DNA of 64,000 nucleotides from the human T2T-CHM13v2.0 reference genome, Homo sapiens. Below the pieces are notes generated by a model that saw nothing but the letters and a program-made list of their open reading frames with translations, was not told the DNA's origin and did no database searches. The position numbers and the translations under genes were made by a program. The DNA lies in the NCBI RefSeq assembly GCF_009914755.1, contig NC_060926.1, one strand, 5' to 3'. Position 1 is the first letter of the stretch. Each line of letters begins with the position of its first letter. This document shows positions 15,170-27,464 of the stretch, in pieces.

Positions 15170-15815
15170 TTAGTGGTGGTAAAAAACACATAACATTAAA
15201 TTTATCATTTTAACCATTAAGGATGCAATTCATGAGTATTATTACCTATACTCACATTATTGTGCAACTGATCTCTAAAAATGTTTCCTCTTGCAACATT
15301 GAATCTCTATATGGCCTAAGCCCTAATCCCTTCTACCCTCCCCAACTCAGCCCTTGGTAACCACCTGTTTTCTGTTTCTATGATTTTTGACTACTTAAGA
15401 TACTTCATATGTGTAGAATCATACAGTGTCTGTCCTTTTGTGACTGGCTTGTTTTGCATAGCCTAACGTCCTCAAGTCTTATGCATGTTCCAGCATGCAA
15501 CAGGATTTCCTTCCTTTTAAGGTTGCAGGAAACTCTTTTGTATGTATATGCCACATTTTCTTTACCCATTCATCTCTCAATGAGCATTTAGGTTGCTTCC
15601 ATTTCTTGTCTGTTGTGACTGATGTTTTGATGAACACAGGTGTGCAAATATCTCTTCCAGATCGTGCTTTAAATTATTTTATACATAAAATAATTTTTAT
15701 ATAATGCCACAAGTACCATAATTATATGGTAATTTTATTTTTAATCTTTTGAGGAACCTCAGTACTGTTTTCCATGACGGTGACGTCATGTATATTCTCA
15801 CCAACAGTGTACAAG
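15170..15815 (-). mobile_element. L1MB/MA-type 3' end
   Basis: 'aacacataacattaaatttatcatttta', 'cttttgtgactggctt', 'ttgaggaacctcagtactgttttcca'. Confidence 0.8.
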
Positions 15816-16215
15816 GTATTTTCTCATAGTTCTGTAGAACAGAAGTCAAATTTCAAGCTGTCAGCAGAACCATGCTTCCTCTATAACTTTGAGGAGAATC
15901 CTTCCTTGCCTATTCTTAGCATGTGGTAGCGGCTGTAGAAACTTTACATTTCTCTCTTGGCCTGCACCTTCATTATTCCAAGACTGCAGCTACACTGGTC
16001 ATCACATGATGTTTTCCCTCTGCTTATGTCTCTGTGTCTCATCTCCTCTTCCCATAAGGACACCAGAAATATTGGAAGAAAGCCCACCCTAAAGACTGCA
16101 TCTTAACTGGATTATATCTGCAAAGACCCTGTTGCCAAACAAGGTCACATTCATACATAACAGGGAATAGGACTTCAATATGTCATTCTGAAGAACACAG
16201 TTCAACCCATACCAG
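15816..16215 (-). mobile_element. MaLR LTR (MLT1C-like), partial
   Basis: 'tctcatagttctgtagaacagaagtc...atctgcaaagaccct...aaggtcacattca...cacagttcaacccatac'. Confidence 0.8.
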
Positions 16216-16558
16216 CAGCATTGTTTAAAATTACATTTTTTGTGGTATTCAGAAATGCAAGTGACTTCTGCATATCGATTTCAAATGCAGGAAGCTTGCT
16301 CAATTCCCTTTAAATTCTAATGATCAATAGATGCTAAATAAAACATGTTATCACCTACAAATAATTATTTTTTCCCTCTTTTTCAAGTTTTAAAACTTTC
16401 CTGTTCCTTGACTTACTGTATTGTTTAAGAATTGTATTTTAAAAAGAAAAATAATAAGCGTCTTTAACTTGTCCTTGATCATTAGGAAAATGGTTCCAAC
16501 CATTAAGTACACTACTTGCTATAAGTTTTTCTTTGTTTAGATATTAATCTGAGGAATT

Positions 16559-16619
16559 ATTATTTATCTAATTAATTAGTATTATTTATCTAATTAATTA
16601 GTATTTTATCTAATTATTA
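16559..16619. repeat. 22-bp tandem repeat, about 2.7 copies
   Basis: ATTATTTATCTAATTAATTAGT at 16559-16580 and 16581-16602, plus a partial third copy. Confidence 0.9.
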
Positions 16620-16781
16620 AGAAGGGTTTTTTAAATTCCTAGTTCATTAAAAGAACCATTTTTGGAAAATCATAAGTAGGTATTATATTTTATGAAGCAC
16701 GTTTTAAAATATGTTGAAATAAACATAGTTTTCTCCTTTAATCAGTTAATACAGTAAATTATAATCATTTTTTAATAATAA

Positions 16782-17621
16782 TGAAACAGGAAAAGCTCCC
16801 TTATCCCCCTCGCAGGACGTGAGATGGGGGTGTGGCTCACTTCTGCAGTGCTATCCTGCTCAAATCTCTAGGGGAGCTTACAGACCGGCAGGCTGTGGGG
16901 CTCCGACCCCACAGCAGTGTCTAGGGGTGAATGTTTACAGCCGAAGCCCCAGTGGGTGTGTGTTACAGTGTGCTCTTTTAGTTTAGCCTTAGTCAGCTTA
17001 AGTAGACCCCTGCCTTATGGCAAGGACAGAGGGCTTTCTGTATCCTGGGGTTCTTACCTTGGTGTACTGGAAGAATCGGATCACACGTGGTCTTGGAGAA
17101 TGAGTTCAAAGTTTTATTGACTGGAAGTAGCTCTCAGCATACGGGGGAGCCAGAAGGGAGATGGTTTTTTCCTTGGAGTCAGGCTGCTCCCTGGCCCGGG
17201 CTCTCCTCTGACTGTCCCAGCCAAACTCAGCCTCTCCTTCTGCTGGTCCGTGGCCTGCCCGCATCCCAGGGCCTGCTGATGTGCTTCTCTTAACATCCAG
17301 CCACCTGTGTGTTCCTCCACCAATTCGCTCCTCTCCACGTCCAGATGTCTGGGTTTGCAGATAGGCTCCTCTGCAGGTCCAGCAGCTTGTGTGCCTGCCT
17401 GCTAAGGTCTGAGGGCAGTTTATAGGCACAGGATGGGGGTGTGGCAGGCCGGGGTGATATTGGGCAATGCAATATTTGGACAGGAAATGCCTATCCTCAC
17501 CCAGGTCCGTGGGGGTGGAGCCCTAGCCAGGGACCACGCCCTCTTCTACCCAGCACTTCCCTTCCACACTTCGGTATCATTTGAGGGGACCACGCTCTTC
17601 ACTCCCCTGCACTCCGTATCA
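16782..17621 (-). mobile_element. ERV1 solo LTR (LTR1/LTR28/MER52 group)
   Basis: TGA...TCA termini; 4-bp TSD ATAA (16778-16781 and 17622-17625); minus-strand start 'tgatacggagtgcaggggagtgaagagcgtggtcccc...gtgctgggtagaagagggcgtggtccctggctagggctccacc'; GC-rich. Confidence 0.85.
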
Positions 17622-17636
17622 ATAATTCCTGCTTCT

Positions 17637-17962
<326 letters not shown>

Positions 17963-20199
17963 TTAAATGCAGCTTGGCCTAGCTGTCTCCTGATATTCTG
18001 TGGGGTTTTTTGTTTTGGGTTTTCTTGGTTGCTATGCTAGTTATTGCCCTCTAAGCAGAGCTTCTCATTTTCCACAAGTTTTGGTTATAGCATTTTTATT
18101 TTCAGGTAGTGCAAGACAGTTTCTAATTTACCTTTGATTCATGAGCTTTTTAGAAGTTTACTTTTTAATTTTTAAATATATATGTGTGTATTTTTATTTC
18201 CATTTTATTTTAATTATGTATTTTTAACTTAATTACATTGTAGTCAGAAAATGTGGTTCTTATAATGCAAATCTTCAAAATGTATTGAGAGTTAAAGCAC
18301 GTGGAAAATTTTGAAAAATAATATGTTTATAAAAATACATTTTCAAGTTATTGTGTAAAACATTTTATATATGTTTGATAAAGGTTATTTTCCTACTCAA
18401 AACCTTAAACTTCCTTCTTTTTTTATTTTTTCTTTTTCTTTCCTTTTTTTTTTCTTTTAGTCACCCTGAGGAATAACTTACTGAAGGATATTTGTTTAAA
18501 ACTCATTATGTAAAATTTTCAATTATTTTTGTAGCCTAACGTATAATTAATATTGTATATATCCCAAGCCTTGCTTTTAGATATATCAAGGTCTGAATTG
18601 TTATATCTTCCTTTTACATTGAATGTATATAATTATAGACTCATTTACTTTAACTATATATTTTTAAAATATCTATCTTATCTAGCTACACGGCTTTTCT
18701 TCTGATTGATATTTTCCTGGTATGCTTTCTTATCCTTTAACTCTTTACATAATTGTAATTGTTTTGTCTTGAGAACAATAGATACCTTTTCTTGCTTTTA
18801 TTTTTGCACATCCTGAAATGTAGTTGTATTTTAACTGAAAATTTGGTTTATCCTTTTTTTATTATTATTAGTATATTTGTATCTATCTCTAACATTAAGT
18901 GCTTCCTGTCAACCTGGTTTTAAAGTTTTCTTTACCTTTGATTTTCATTTTTGGATTGTTACAGCCTTCTTTATCTTTATTCTCATTATATTTTATTTCC
19001 TCTGCTTTTTTGGAAGTTACATGTTCTTTATTTATTCTTATAGTGGATAGCCTAATTTTTTAAAAGATATATAATATAGTATAAATTAATCAAAATCTTT
19101 ATTTTCTTTTCAATAGAACCTTAAAATATTTTAATTTTCATTACTTCTTTTATTTCAAATTACATTATTTTCCATTTTTTTATTTTTTAATGTTTATTCT
19201 GTCACCACCCCTACCACATACATACACATTAGGAATTACCGTTTTTAATACATCAATGAATGCTTAGATTATATTCTATATAAAAATATATTTAACTATA
19301 TATAATACATTAATGCCTAATATAATATATTAATGTCTATACCCATAATGTCTTTCAAATTCTATTTTAAATCTTTTGAGATTCTATTTCTGCCAAATAT
19401 ATGTCTTTTTAATTTTTCTTATAAAAATCTGTTGATGGTAAAGTTTTTTCTTCCCCAAAAGTATTGTTTTCATTTTTATTCTAAAAAACCATGCAGAACC
19501 TGGAATTCTGGGATAGAACTTATTTAATTCCAGCACATTTGAGATAATATTTCCTTCTTCTCTGGCATTAATAGTCGTTTCTAAGAAATCAGATCACTCT
19601 AAATAATGTTATCTTCTGGTCGACGATGTGGCTATGAGTAGAAAGCTATGATACTATGATGTGGCTAGGAGTAGATTTTTTAAATTTTCTTTTTTCTGTT
19701 TGGAATTTATTGGGCTACCTGAAGTTGAGTTTAGTGGAATAAATAAAATGAGATATAGGGCACAGTAGAACTTTACAAAATGAAAGAGATTCATTATACA
19801 CAGAGCAACATAAATGAAAATTGAAAAAAAAAGGTAAGATAAAAAAACCCTAAAATATATAATGTAATAGCATTTAAATGCTTTAAGAATTTACCACCCA
19901 AAACAATATAAAATCATGAATAGTTATGAGTAAAGATGTACAAAACCAACACTTAAGAATAGTCACTTCTGATGTTGGTAGAAAGGGGAATAGGAGTATG
20001 GAATAAAGATAAAGGGCAGACACAGCAAATAAAGCAAACAAAAAATAAACAAATTAATAGAGGGGCGTTGTATTGACCAATATGATAACATACACTTAGC
20101 TGAGAAGTATTACTTACTTAAACCTTTATATCTGAGGTCCAAAGTATATATTTGTATAGGTATATATATATATCCCTTTGTACATTTCTTAACCAAAAT

Positions 20200-20460
20200 C
20201 TTTAATTTCAATGTACTTGAGTTTATTACTTTATGATTTACACTTTGTGTTTTTCAAGTTCTCTAAAAAGTCCTTCCGAAATTTTCATTCAAAATGATAT
20301 TCTCCTGTATTTTCTTCTATTAAACATACACACATGCGTGCGCACACACACATACACACACACACACACCCCACTATACAAATGCAAACTTGTATATATT
20401 TTTTATAATTAAGTCTCTAATCCACCTGGTGTACAACTTTGTATGAGGTATTAAGTGAGA
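20200..20460 (-). mobile_element. Old L1 ORF2 3' fragment containing a (CA)n microsatellite (20325-20368)
   Basis: 'tattctcctgtattttcttcta...aagtctctaatccacctgg...tttgtatgaggt' matches antisense late ORF2. Confidence 0.65.
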
Positions 20461-20462
20461 TC

Positions 20463-21020
20463 TTATTCTGGTTTTCCTCTGCCACCAACAGTAGGAATTT
20501 CCTGGTCAAGTCTCTTTTATTTAAGGATCTACTGTGCCTTTTTATTTCTCCCCATGATGTCCTTCCAGGTATGGGCTCTAGTTGAAAACTGTTTTACAGC
20601 AGCTTACAACACACAGAAAGATGTTTCCTTCAGCCTGAATTATTTCTATGATAGCCATAATTGAAATGCAATAATACAGAAAATAATCATACACCAGCCT
20701 TGAGCAACTTCTCAGTCAGGGCACAAGATTTTGGCATAATCAAGTCTATGATATTTCACTAGTGTCCAGATAAAAATTGCAATAAAAATAATAGGCATAA
20801 TGTCATATAGACATAATGACAAACCAGCAAGTTTTCCACTGCAGCAGGAATATCCACCTCTGTTCCATTATCATTTTTATATCTTCAAGGAATCTGTTCC
20901 CTCCATAAACCCAGATGATTCCTATTAGTTCCAGTATAGTTGCAATCAAAATGTCCCGTTCAGTACAGAAGTGGCCAGTCAGATGAGCCACTAAATTCCA
21001 GCCTGAACCACACGGGTGAC
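20463..21020 (-). pseudogene. SLC6A14: Processed pseudogene fragment of SLC6A14 (ATB0,+ Na/Cl-dependent amino-acid transporter), C-terminal part
   Basis: Minus-strand translation across frameshifts gives HLTGHFCTERDILIATILELIGIIWVYGGNRFLEDIKMI..RWIFLLQWKTCWFVI / MPIIFIAIFIWTLVKYHRLDYAKILCPD*EVAQGWCMIIFCII / IMAIIEIIQAEGNIFLCVVSCCKTVFN*SPYLEGHHGEK*KGTVDP / DQEIPTVGGRGKPE*. This is colinear with the SLC6A14 C-terminus as I recall it (HLIDHFCAGWGILIAAILELVGIIWIYGGNRFIED...DHEIPTVSGSRKPE*). No introns; several stops. The symbol given is the parent gene. Confidence 0.9.
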
Positions 21021-21259
21021 TTCTCTCTCTTTCTCCCTGTTTCTCTCTCTCTTTTGCTCCTTCCTCTCCTCCTCCCTCCTCTAGTAGGTGGACTCCAGAC
21101 ATACTATCCCTTTGTCTATCAAGACTACTGTGCCTGTCTTCACATATCTAACACTCATACATGGTCTCAGCTTTAAGATTTACTTCGTCTGGTCTGTGGC
21201 AATTCTAAGTGCTCATTAAGCTCCTTGTGCTTGCCCCATGAGAGCATTCATCAGTAATA

Positions 21260-21741
21260 TGTAACTATTCCAGGGTACATGGGGACCATTGCTTTACATT
21301 TGCCTGGCAGCATTTCTCTTTCCACTTCTAATATTAGACCCCTCCTTTCTGATCCTAGGCATGGCCCATGTCCCTGGGAACAGTAGAGACTGAGGCCTGG
21401 GTCTCAGTGGCATCAATTAGAGCCTTTCCCTGGGACTGATGTACGAGTGTCTCTTTCTGTTGGCATCTTTAAATGAGAAGATAAAAATCCAGGTTATCAT
21501 TAGCCACATTCACTGGTCAAGAAAAAGGCCTCTGCAGAACACAGCTGAGCAGAACCACACAGAAGTGGAAGAAGCAAAGAGGTTTCCAGAAGACTGTGAG
21601 TACTTGATTCCAATCTCTGAGCTTCTATTTCAGGCAGTTCTTCCTTTGATCCTTCCCAAGTTCTATAAATAGAAATTTCCACTTTTGCTTGTGTTAATGA
21701 ATTGCTCTTTATCATGCGTAATAGAGTTCTGACGAATATAC
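21260..21741 (+). mobile_element. Old MaLR LTR (MLT1K/L-like)
   Basis: 'caattagagcctttccctgggac' and 3' end 'ttttgcttgtgttaatgaattg...gagttctgacgaata'. Confidence 0.6.
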
Positions 21742-21764
21742 CTGATTATTCATCTGTGTGTCTT

Positions 21765-21982
21765 TCAGCGTTGCTCGACAGGATAGCAGCATCAGCCTTG
21801 CCTGAGAATTTACTAGACATCCAATTCCCAGGCCCATCCACAGACCCACTCAGCTCAGGGTAGACACACATACACACACACCCCTCTATACAAATGCAAA
21901 CTCAGGGTAGGACCTGAGATTCTGCATTTGAACTTGTCTTTCAGGAGTTCTTATGCATGCTAATGTTTGCGAAGAACTCAAC
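21765..21982. mobile_element. MER5-type hAT-Charlie element carrying a 37-bp foreign insertion
   Basis: 'cagcatcagc...cccaggcccatccacagaccc...gagattctgcatttgaac...tcttatgcatgctaatgtttg'. Confidence 0.75.
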
Positions 21983-22769
21983 TAGTTTATAAAATAAGAG
22001 AGATCCAACCACAACAATCAGCCTGTCCAACTAGTTTGCCAATTCCATAGAGACGTTCCATCTCTTATTCAGTCTTATATTCACCACCTAGAAAGTGCCT
22101 AGCACACAAATTGGTATTGGAGCATATTGAACAAGAAACACAAAGGCAGAGAAAGCAAGGTAGGATGGCAAAACTCCTGCATTCAGCATAGAATCAGGTT
22201 AAGCAAGGTGTTTGGGGACATGGATCTGGGGATGAAAGGCCTAGAGCTGAGACTTTGGGATTGGAGACTGGGAAATGACACAGAATAAGAACAGGAACTC
22301 TGGGCAAGTTCACAGGCTTTGAGACTCACGAGTATGGAATCCAGCCCGTCATCTTTCTCCTTGGAAGTGTGTTATTAACACATTTTTCCTCATTAAAAGG
22401 TAGACAAACAAGAGAAACCTCTTTCTATAGCCACAATTTCTCCATTGGCTCTCAACGCCTGCCCTGGGACCATCTTCACTGCTACCCTGGTTGGACTCAT
22501 CCCTGCACCCACCACATACACACGGTAGCAAAAGCACCGCATATCAAATTCCCTTTGCCAGATAAATGGGGTCTCTAGTCTGTACACGGACCTAAAAGTT
22601 TGGGCCAGAGGTTGGCGCATGAGGAATGGTGGGTGTCTTTTTTCTGGGAGCCACGGTGCCTGGTGTAGCAGGACCTGTCCTGGAGTCCCATCCAAACAAG
22701 GAGGGAGGCAGGTTACTAGCACGCATCACAGAACCCAAGGTAGAGCAGAAAGGGACTTCTTGATATAAA

Positions 22770-22940
22770 ACATGCTAGCATATTATCAAGTCTAGTTATT
22801 TGTTTACTTTATATTATCCCTCTGTGGAATGTTAGCATAACAAAGGCAGAGATATTATTTATATTATTCATTCTATATCCTTAAAAGAGTGTATGAACAG
22901 AGAAAATGCCCAAGAATATTGAATAAATAAAGGAATAAAA
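22770..22940 (+). mobile_element. L2 3' end
   Basis: 'ggaatgttagcataacaaaggcagagat...ttattcattctatatcc...aagaatattgaataaataaaggaataa'. Confidence 0.65.
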
Positions 22941-23019
22941 CAGACATGGCAGAGAGGAAGACACTTTAGGCAGAAAATGAGAGGCAATTAAGCCACATTT
23001 GAACAAATAAAGGCTTTTT

Positions 23020-23319
23020 GTTTGTTTTTTAAGATGGAGCCTCACTCTGTTGCACAGGCTTGAGTGTAGTGTTGCAATCTCGGCTCACTGCAACCTCCGT
23101 CTCCCGGGTTCAAGCGATTCTCTTGCCTCAGCCTCCCCAAGTAGCTGGAATTACAGACGTGTGCCACCACACCCAGCAAATTTTTTTTTTTTTACTTTTA
23201 GTAGAGACGGTGTTTCACCATGTTGGCCAGGCTGGTCTCGAACTCCTGACCTCAAATGATCTGCCTGCCTCAGCTTCCCAAAGTGCCAGGATTACAAGCA
23301 TGAGCCACCATGCCCAGTC
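23020..23319 (-). mobile_element. Alu (AluSx/Sz-like)
   Basis: Full antisense Alu; TSD AATAA(A/T)GGCTTTTT (23006-23019 and 23320-23333). Confidence 0.95.
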
Positions 23320-24264
23320 AATAATGGCTTTTTTAAGGAAGGCTCGGACGAGCCATGGGGAGGGATGGGCTAAAGAGCCAAACCAGCAAGCATGCACATG
23401 TTCAGCGTAAACTGTCCGTGAGCCCAGTATACTGGGCAAGCTGAGAAATAATTATGTCCTCCTTCCTTGATCTTGCCCACCAATTTCTACCTCTCATCCT
23501 ACTGTGGTATCCACTCCCAGTACCTGTGGACTCCTATCGCATCATCACATCTATTGCCTGGCTTCACAGATCCTTCAGTCCAGGCCATGTAGACCCTCAC
23601 ACTCAGGTTTGCCTTCCTTTGGCACAGTCTCACACCCCTAACTCTTCTACTTATCACCACTATAAAAAATATATGACCTCTCACAATGCTCTATCCTCAG
23701 AGCTCAGAGAGGTGCTTCGTAGACAAGGACACTGCGGAAGCCAAAGGGCACAGTACAGTTTAAGATGCATTCCCAGCTCATAAAAAATTAGCAACTAATT
23801 GATAATTTATCTAAGGTCATTTGCTTCCAGGGTTATTTTGAAAAATTATACTTAAGAGAACAGTAATTTAACCCAAAATGAATGCCTCAGCAGTGGAATC
23901 TTAAACCAGTCACAGGCTGTTGAGACATTTTTGGAGTAGAGCTGGGTGATGGGGTGAGGCAGGTGGTGCCCTGCAAATCACATCTGAAAAATGTCAGTTC
24001 TTGGCCACACCCCCAGAAGTGTGATTTCCCTTTTGCTGCAGTCATGGTTAGAACTTTAGCATCAACATAGTCCCAGGAAAACATGGACATACGGTCTTCG
24101 GGTGTTTTCTCCTCTAGGCGAAACACTGATCCACATAATGTTTATGTGAATATTAGCACTTACCTTTTCATTCGGGATAATTCAGGGATATGTAGAAAAA
24201 GAGACACAAAATAGACACCACTCTAAGCATTATTCTGGAGCTGAAGCATGACATTCTGCTTTTC

Positions 24265-24562
24265 TCTCTCTTATATTTTTTTTTTTTTCTGAGACTGGGT
24301 CTGGCTCTGTCGCCCAGGCTGGAATGCAGTCTCCGCTCACTGCAAGCTCCGCCTCCCGGGTTCACGCTATTCTCCTGCTTCAGCCTCCTGAGTAGCTGGG
24401 ATTACACGCACCTGCCACCACGCCCGGCTAATTTTTTATATTTTTAGTAGAGATGGGGTTTCACCATGTTAGCCAGATGGTCTCAATCTCCTGACCTCGT
24501 GATCCACCCGCCTCAGCCTCCCAAAGTGCTGGGATTACAGGCGTAAGCCACCATGCCCGGCC
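24265..24562 (-). mobile_element. Alu (AluY/Sc-like) with a small right-arm deletion
   Basis: 'gcaagctccgcctcccgggttcacgc'; TSD GACATTCtGcTTTTC / GACATTCaGgTTTTC (24250-24264 and 24563-24577). Confidence 0.93.
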
Positions 24563-24759
24563 GACATTCAGGTTTTCAATAGCTCCCCATCTTAATAATT
24601 TCTATGAGGCACATGCCATCACTTCCAGAACTTGGTTTCATCATGCACCATTGTTGACGTTTCTATCTGGTTAAATGTGCAACACTGTGTTTCCTCTCTC
24701 TGGAAGTTACCTTTCTTCCATGTCTTCCTCCAGACTTAGATTTTTCCATCTCTGATAGT

Positions 24760-24885
24760 TGCTTGATGGAATGAGTGTAAATTTCATAGGTAAAGAAATA
24801 GACATGAGGTTATATTCCGAGCTCCTAGGACAGTTCCTGGAAGGAAGAAGGTACTCAATATTTACTGGTTGAATAAATATGATGC
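24760..24885 (+). mobile_element. L2 3' tail
   Basis: 'cctaggacagttcctgg...aggtactcaatatttactggttgaataaat'. Confidence 0.65.
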
Positions 24886-26213
24886 ATGTCTCTTTTGAAT
24901 ATAATTTTTCTTCACTTCTCATGCCCAGTCTTTCAATATATTTTCAGCTGAGCCTATTTTCTCACAATTCTTGTAAGAGTAAATCACTGGTACCAAAAGG
25001 AGGATAAACATCACAGTTCCCATTGCTCACTACTCACCCTTTCATCCTTCTCCTGACACTCCCTCCTTAGGGGAAAAGAGTCACTGCTGTAAAAGTGAGC
25101 TATTCTCTGTGCATTTTTTAAAACCTCGTCATTTCCCCCAGCAAAATGTCAAGAGCTATTTGGCTGGGAACCCATAACTTGGTAGGTAATAAAATAAGCA
25201 TAGATTTGAAAATCATGTCTTAGGACTAAAGGACTCCAAGGAATTTTAAATAAATGATTTATCTAAATGAGTGATTGTATTAATTGCTATATCTAGAATT
25301 TAGCTTATCTGTTAATACACCCTGGTGAATTCAGTAATATGGCTCTTCCCCAAGGTGCCTGTGGCCATCAGGATGTCATTCAGACAGGACGAAATATCCA
25401 CCCCCAAGGCTAAATGAGAAACATTATCTCAGCAAAGCTGCATTCTAGCCTGGAAACATATGGGCAGAGAAGAAATTAACAATGGGAGCTGGAGGGGCAA
25501 TAAGCATATGACATTATCACTAAGAAAATCCATTTAGATATTTAAGTTACACACTCTAGTGTCAGGCTGTTTAAATGGACCTATTGATCTTTCAGTTTCA
25601 GTAAAATTGCTCTCATTTTGATTATACTGTTTAACCTTGAAGAATTGTAGGAAACATCTTAGTTCCAGAACTTTCCTTTCTCCCTACATATTACATTTTA
25701 ATCGTTTCTTACTTTCCAGCTCTCTCTCTTATTCTCTTTCCTCCTTCCTTCCTTCCCCACAACCCTAAAGCTTATGATATTATTTAAGGCGTCCTGAGTA
25801 TCTACTACATTATATGAATACAAAAATAAAGATTACACAATATTCACCACAATCTAGTGCTGTAATTTTAGCCAATTCTTCAATTTTCTCACTAAAAAAT
25901 ATTTTATGATACATATGATATGATTATTATGAAGAGTAAATGAGCTAATATGTATAAAAGTTATAAGAAGAATTAGAGCAAATAATACGCTGTATGTAAA
26001 TGTTAGTTGTTATTTAAGTGCAGTGACAGAAAGAAGGGATATGAGGCACATACCACTTGTAGGATGGAGAAGTGACATGCTAGAAGACCATTTCTAAGTG
26101 ACATTATTTGAAATGGGAACTTAAGAATTTGTGTACCAGCGTACTCATTTATTAAATATACTGAGTTATTTTAATAGGCCAAGGCCTGTGCTAAGCACAT
26201 GTGATGAGATAAC

Positions 26214-26271
26214 GTGTGTGTGTGTATGTATGTGTGTGTGTGTTTGTATGTGTGTGTGTTGTTGTTGTTGT
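26214..26271. repeat. (TG)n followed by (GTT)n microsatellite
   Basis: Read directly from the sequence. Confidence 0.95.
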
Positions 26272-26274
26272 CAT

Positions 26275-27440
26275 ATTCCTTGGTTCTAGGAGGGGCTCAG
26301 CTGTGTAGATCTCACCTGGGACTTTTCATATGTTTACAATCACTGGAGCCACAGTCTTCAGGCTTATCCACTCATCCGTGTGGTACCTGAGCCAAAACAG
26401 CTGAGGTGTCAGGGGCTGCTCAGGCATCTCTCTCTCCATGAAACCTCTCTGCATAGCTAGTTTGAGCTTCCTCATATCCTGGAGATCCTTGGGTGGGTGT
26501 ACTACTTATACAATGAATGTCTTCTTCCAGAGCAAGCATTTCCAGGAAAACAGACAGAAGTTGCCAATTCTCTTAAAGGTTAGGCCCAGAACTTGTAGGG
26601 ATCCCTTCCACTGAAGTCATTGTTTGAAGCAATTGCTAGTCAAACCAGCTTCAGGGGATGTGCTTTTGTAATCACCCCGTGGGTTCTTCCTGCCCCCTGC
26701 ACAAAGTCCATTCACTGAGACCATGGCATTGCAGTAGAGAAAGTTTAATTGATGAGAGTCTGGCCCATGCAAGAGAAATGGAGTTAACACTCAAATCATT
26801 CTCTCAGGCTTGGAGCTTAGAGTTTTTGTAGACGATGTGGTGGGCAGGGAGCTATGAAATGGGTGCTACTGATTGGTTGAGGATGAAATCATAGGGGTGT
26901 AGAAAACTAGCCTGGTGTATTGACTCCACCTCTGGGTGGGAGCACAGGACAAGCTGAGTCATGAGTCATGAGTCTGGGTGAAGTTAGTCTGAAATAATCT
27001 AAAAAAAAAAAAAAATCTTAGTTTTCACAATAGTGATGTTATCTATAGGGCCAATTAGGAAAGTCACAAGTCTTGTGACCTCCAGCCACATGACTCCTTA
27101 GCAGTAAGGGATTACAGAAACTGACTACATTTCAACAGAGTTCAGGCCCCTCTCATAATCCTAATCTTGTGGCCTTTAGTCTTACAAAGGTGGTTTTCAG
27201 TCCCTGAGCAAGGTGGGGGTTAGTTTTAGGGAAGGACTATTATCATCCTTGCTTTCAAGTTAAACTGTAAACTAAATTTCTCTCGTGGTTAGCTTGGTCT
27301 TTACCCAGGAATGACCAAGAACAGCTTCGAGGTCAGAAGCAAGATGAAGTCAACTATGCCAGATTTCCCTTACTATTATAATTTTGAAAAAGCAGTTTTA
27401 CTTTCAGGGAAGTACAGAATTGATGGTGGCCATTTTACAG
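26275..27440 (-). mobile_element. Old MaLR LTR (MLT1H/I-like) split by LTR8
   Basis: 'ggggctcagctg', 'tagctagtttgagcttcctca', 'aggcccagaact'; resumes after the LTR8 with 'gatggtggccattttaca'. Confidence 0.65.
26667..27400 (-). mobile_element. ERV1 solo LTR (LTR8 family)
   Basis: Minus-strand start resembles LTR8 ('aaaactgctttttcaaaattataatag...gactTcatcttgcttctgacctcgaagctgttcttggtcattcctggg'); 4-bp TSD CTTT (26663-26666 and 27401-27404). Confidence 0.88.
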
Positions 27441-27464
27441 GTAAGTCTTCAAAGTAATGGCTTA

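Noticed and set aside
23887-24250. Minus-strand AAG|GTAAGT donor (~24160) and a 79-aa ORF
   Set aside because: No convincing partner acceptor or homology; an isolated motif.
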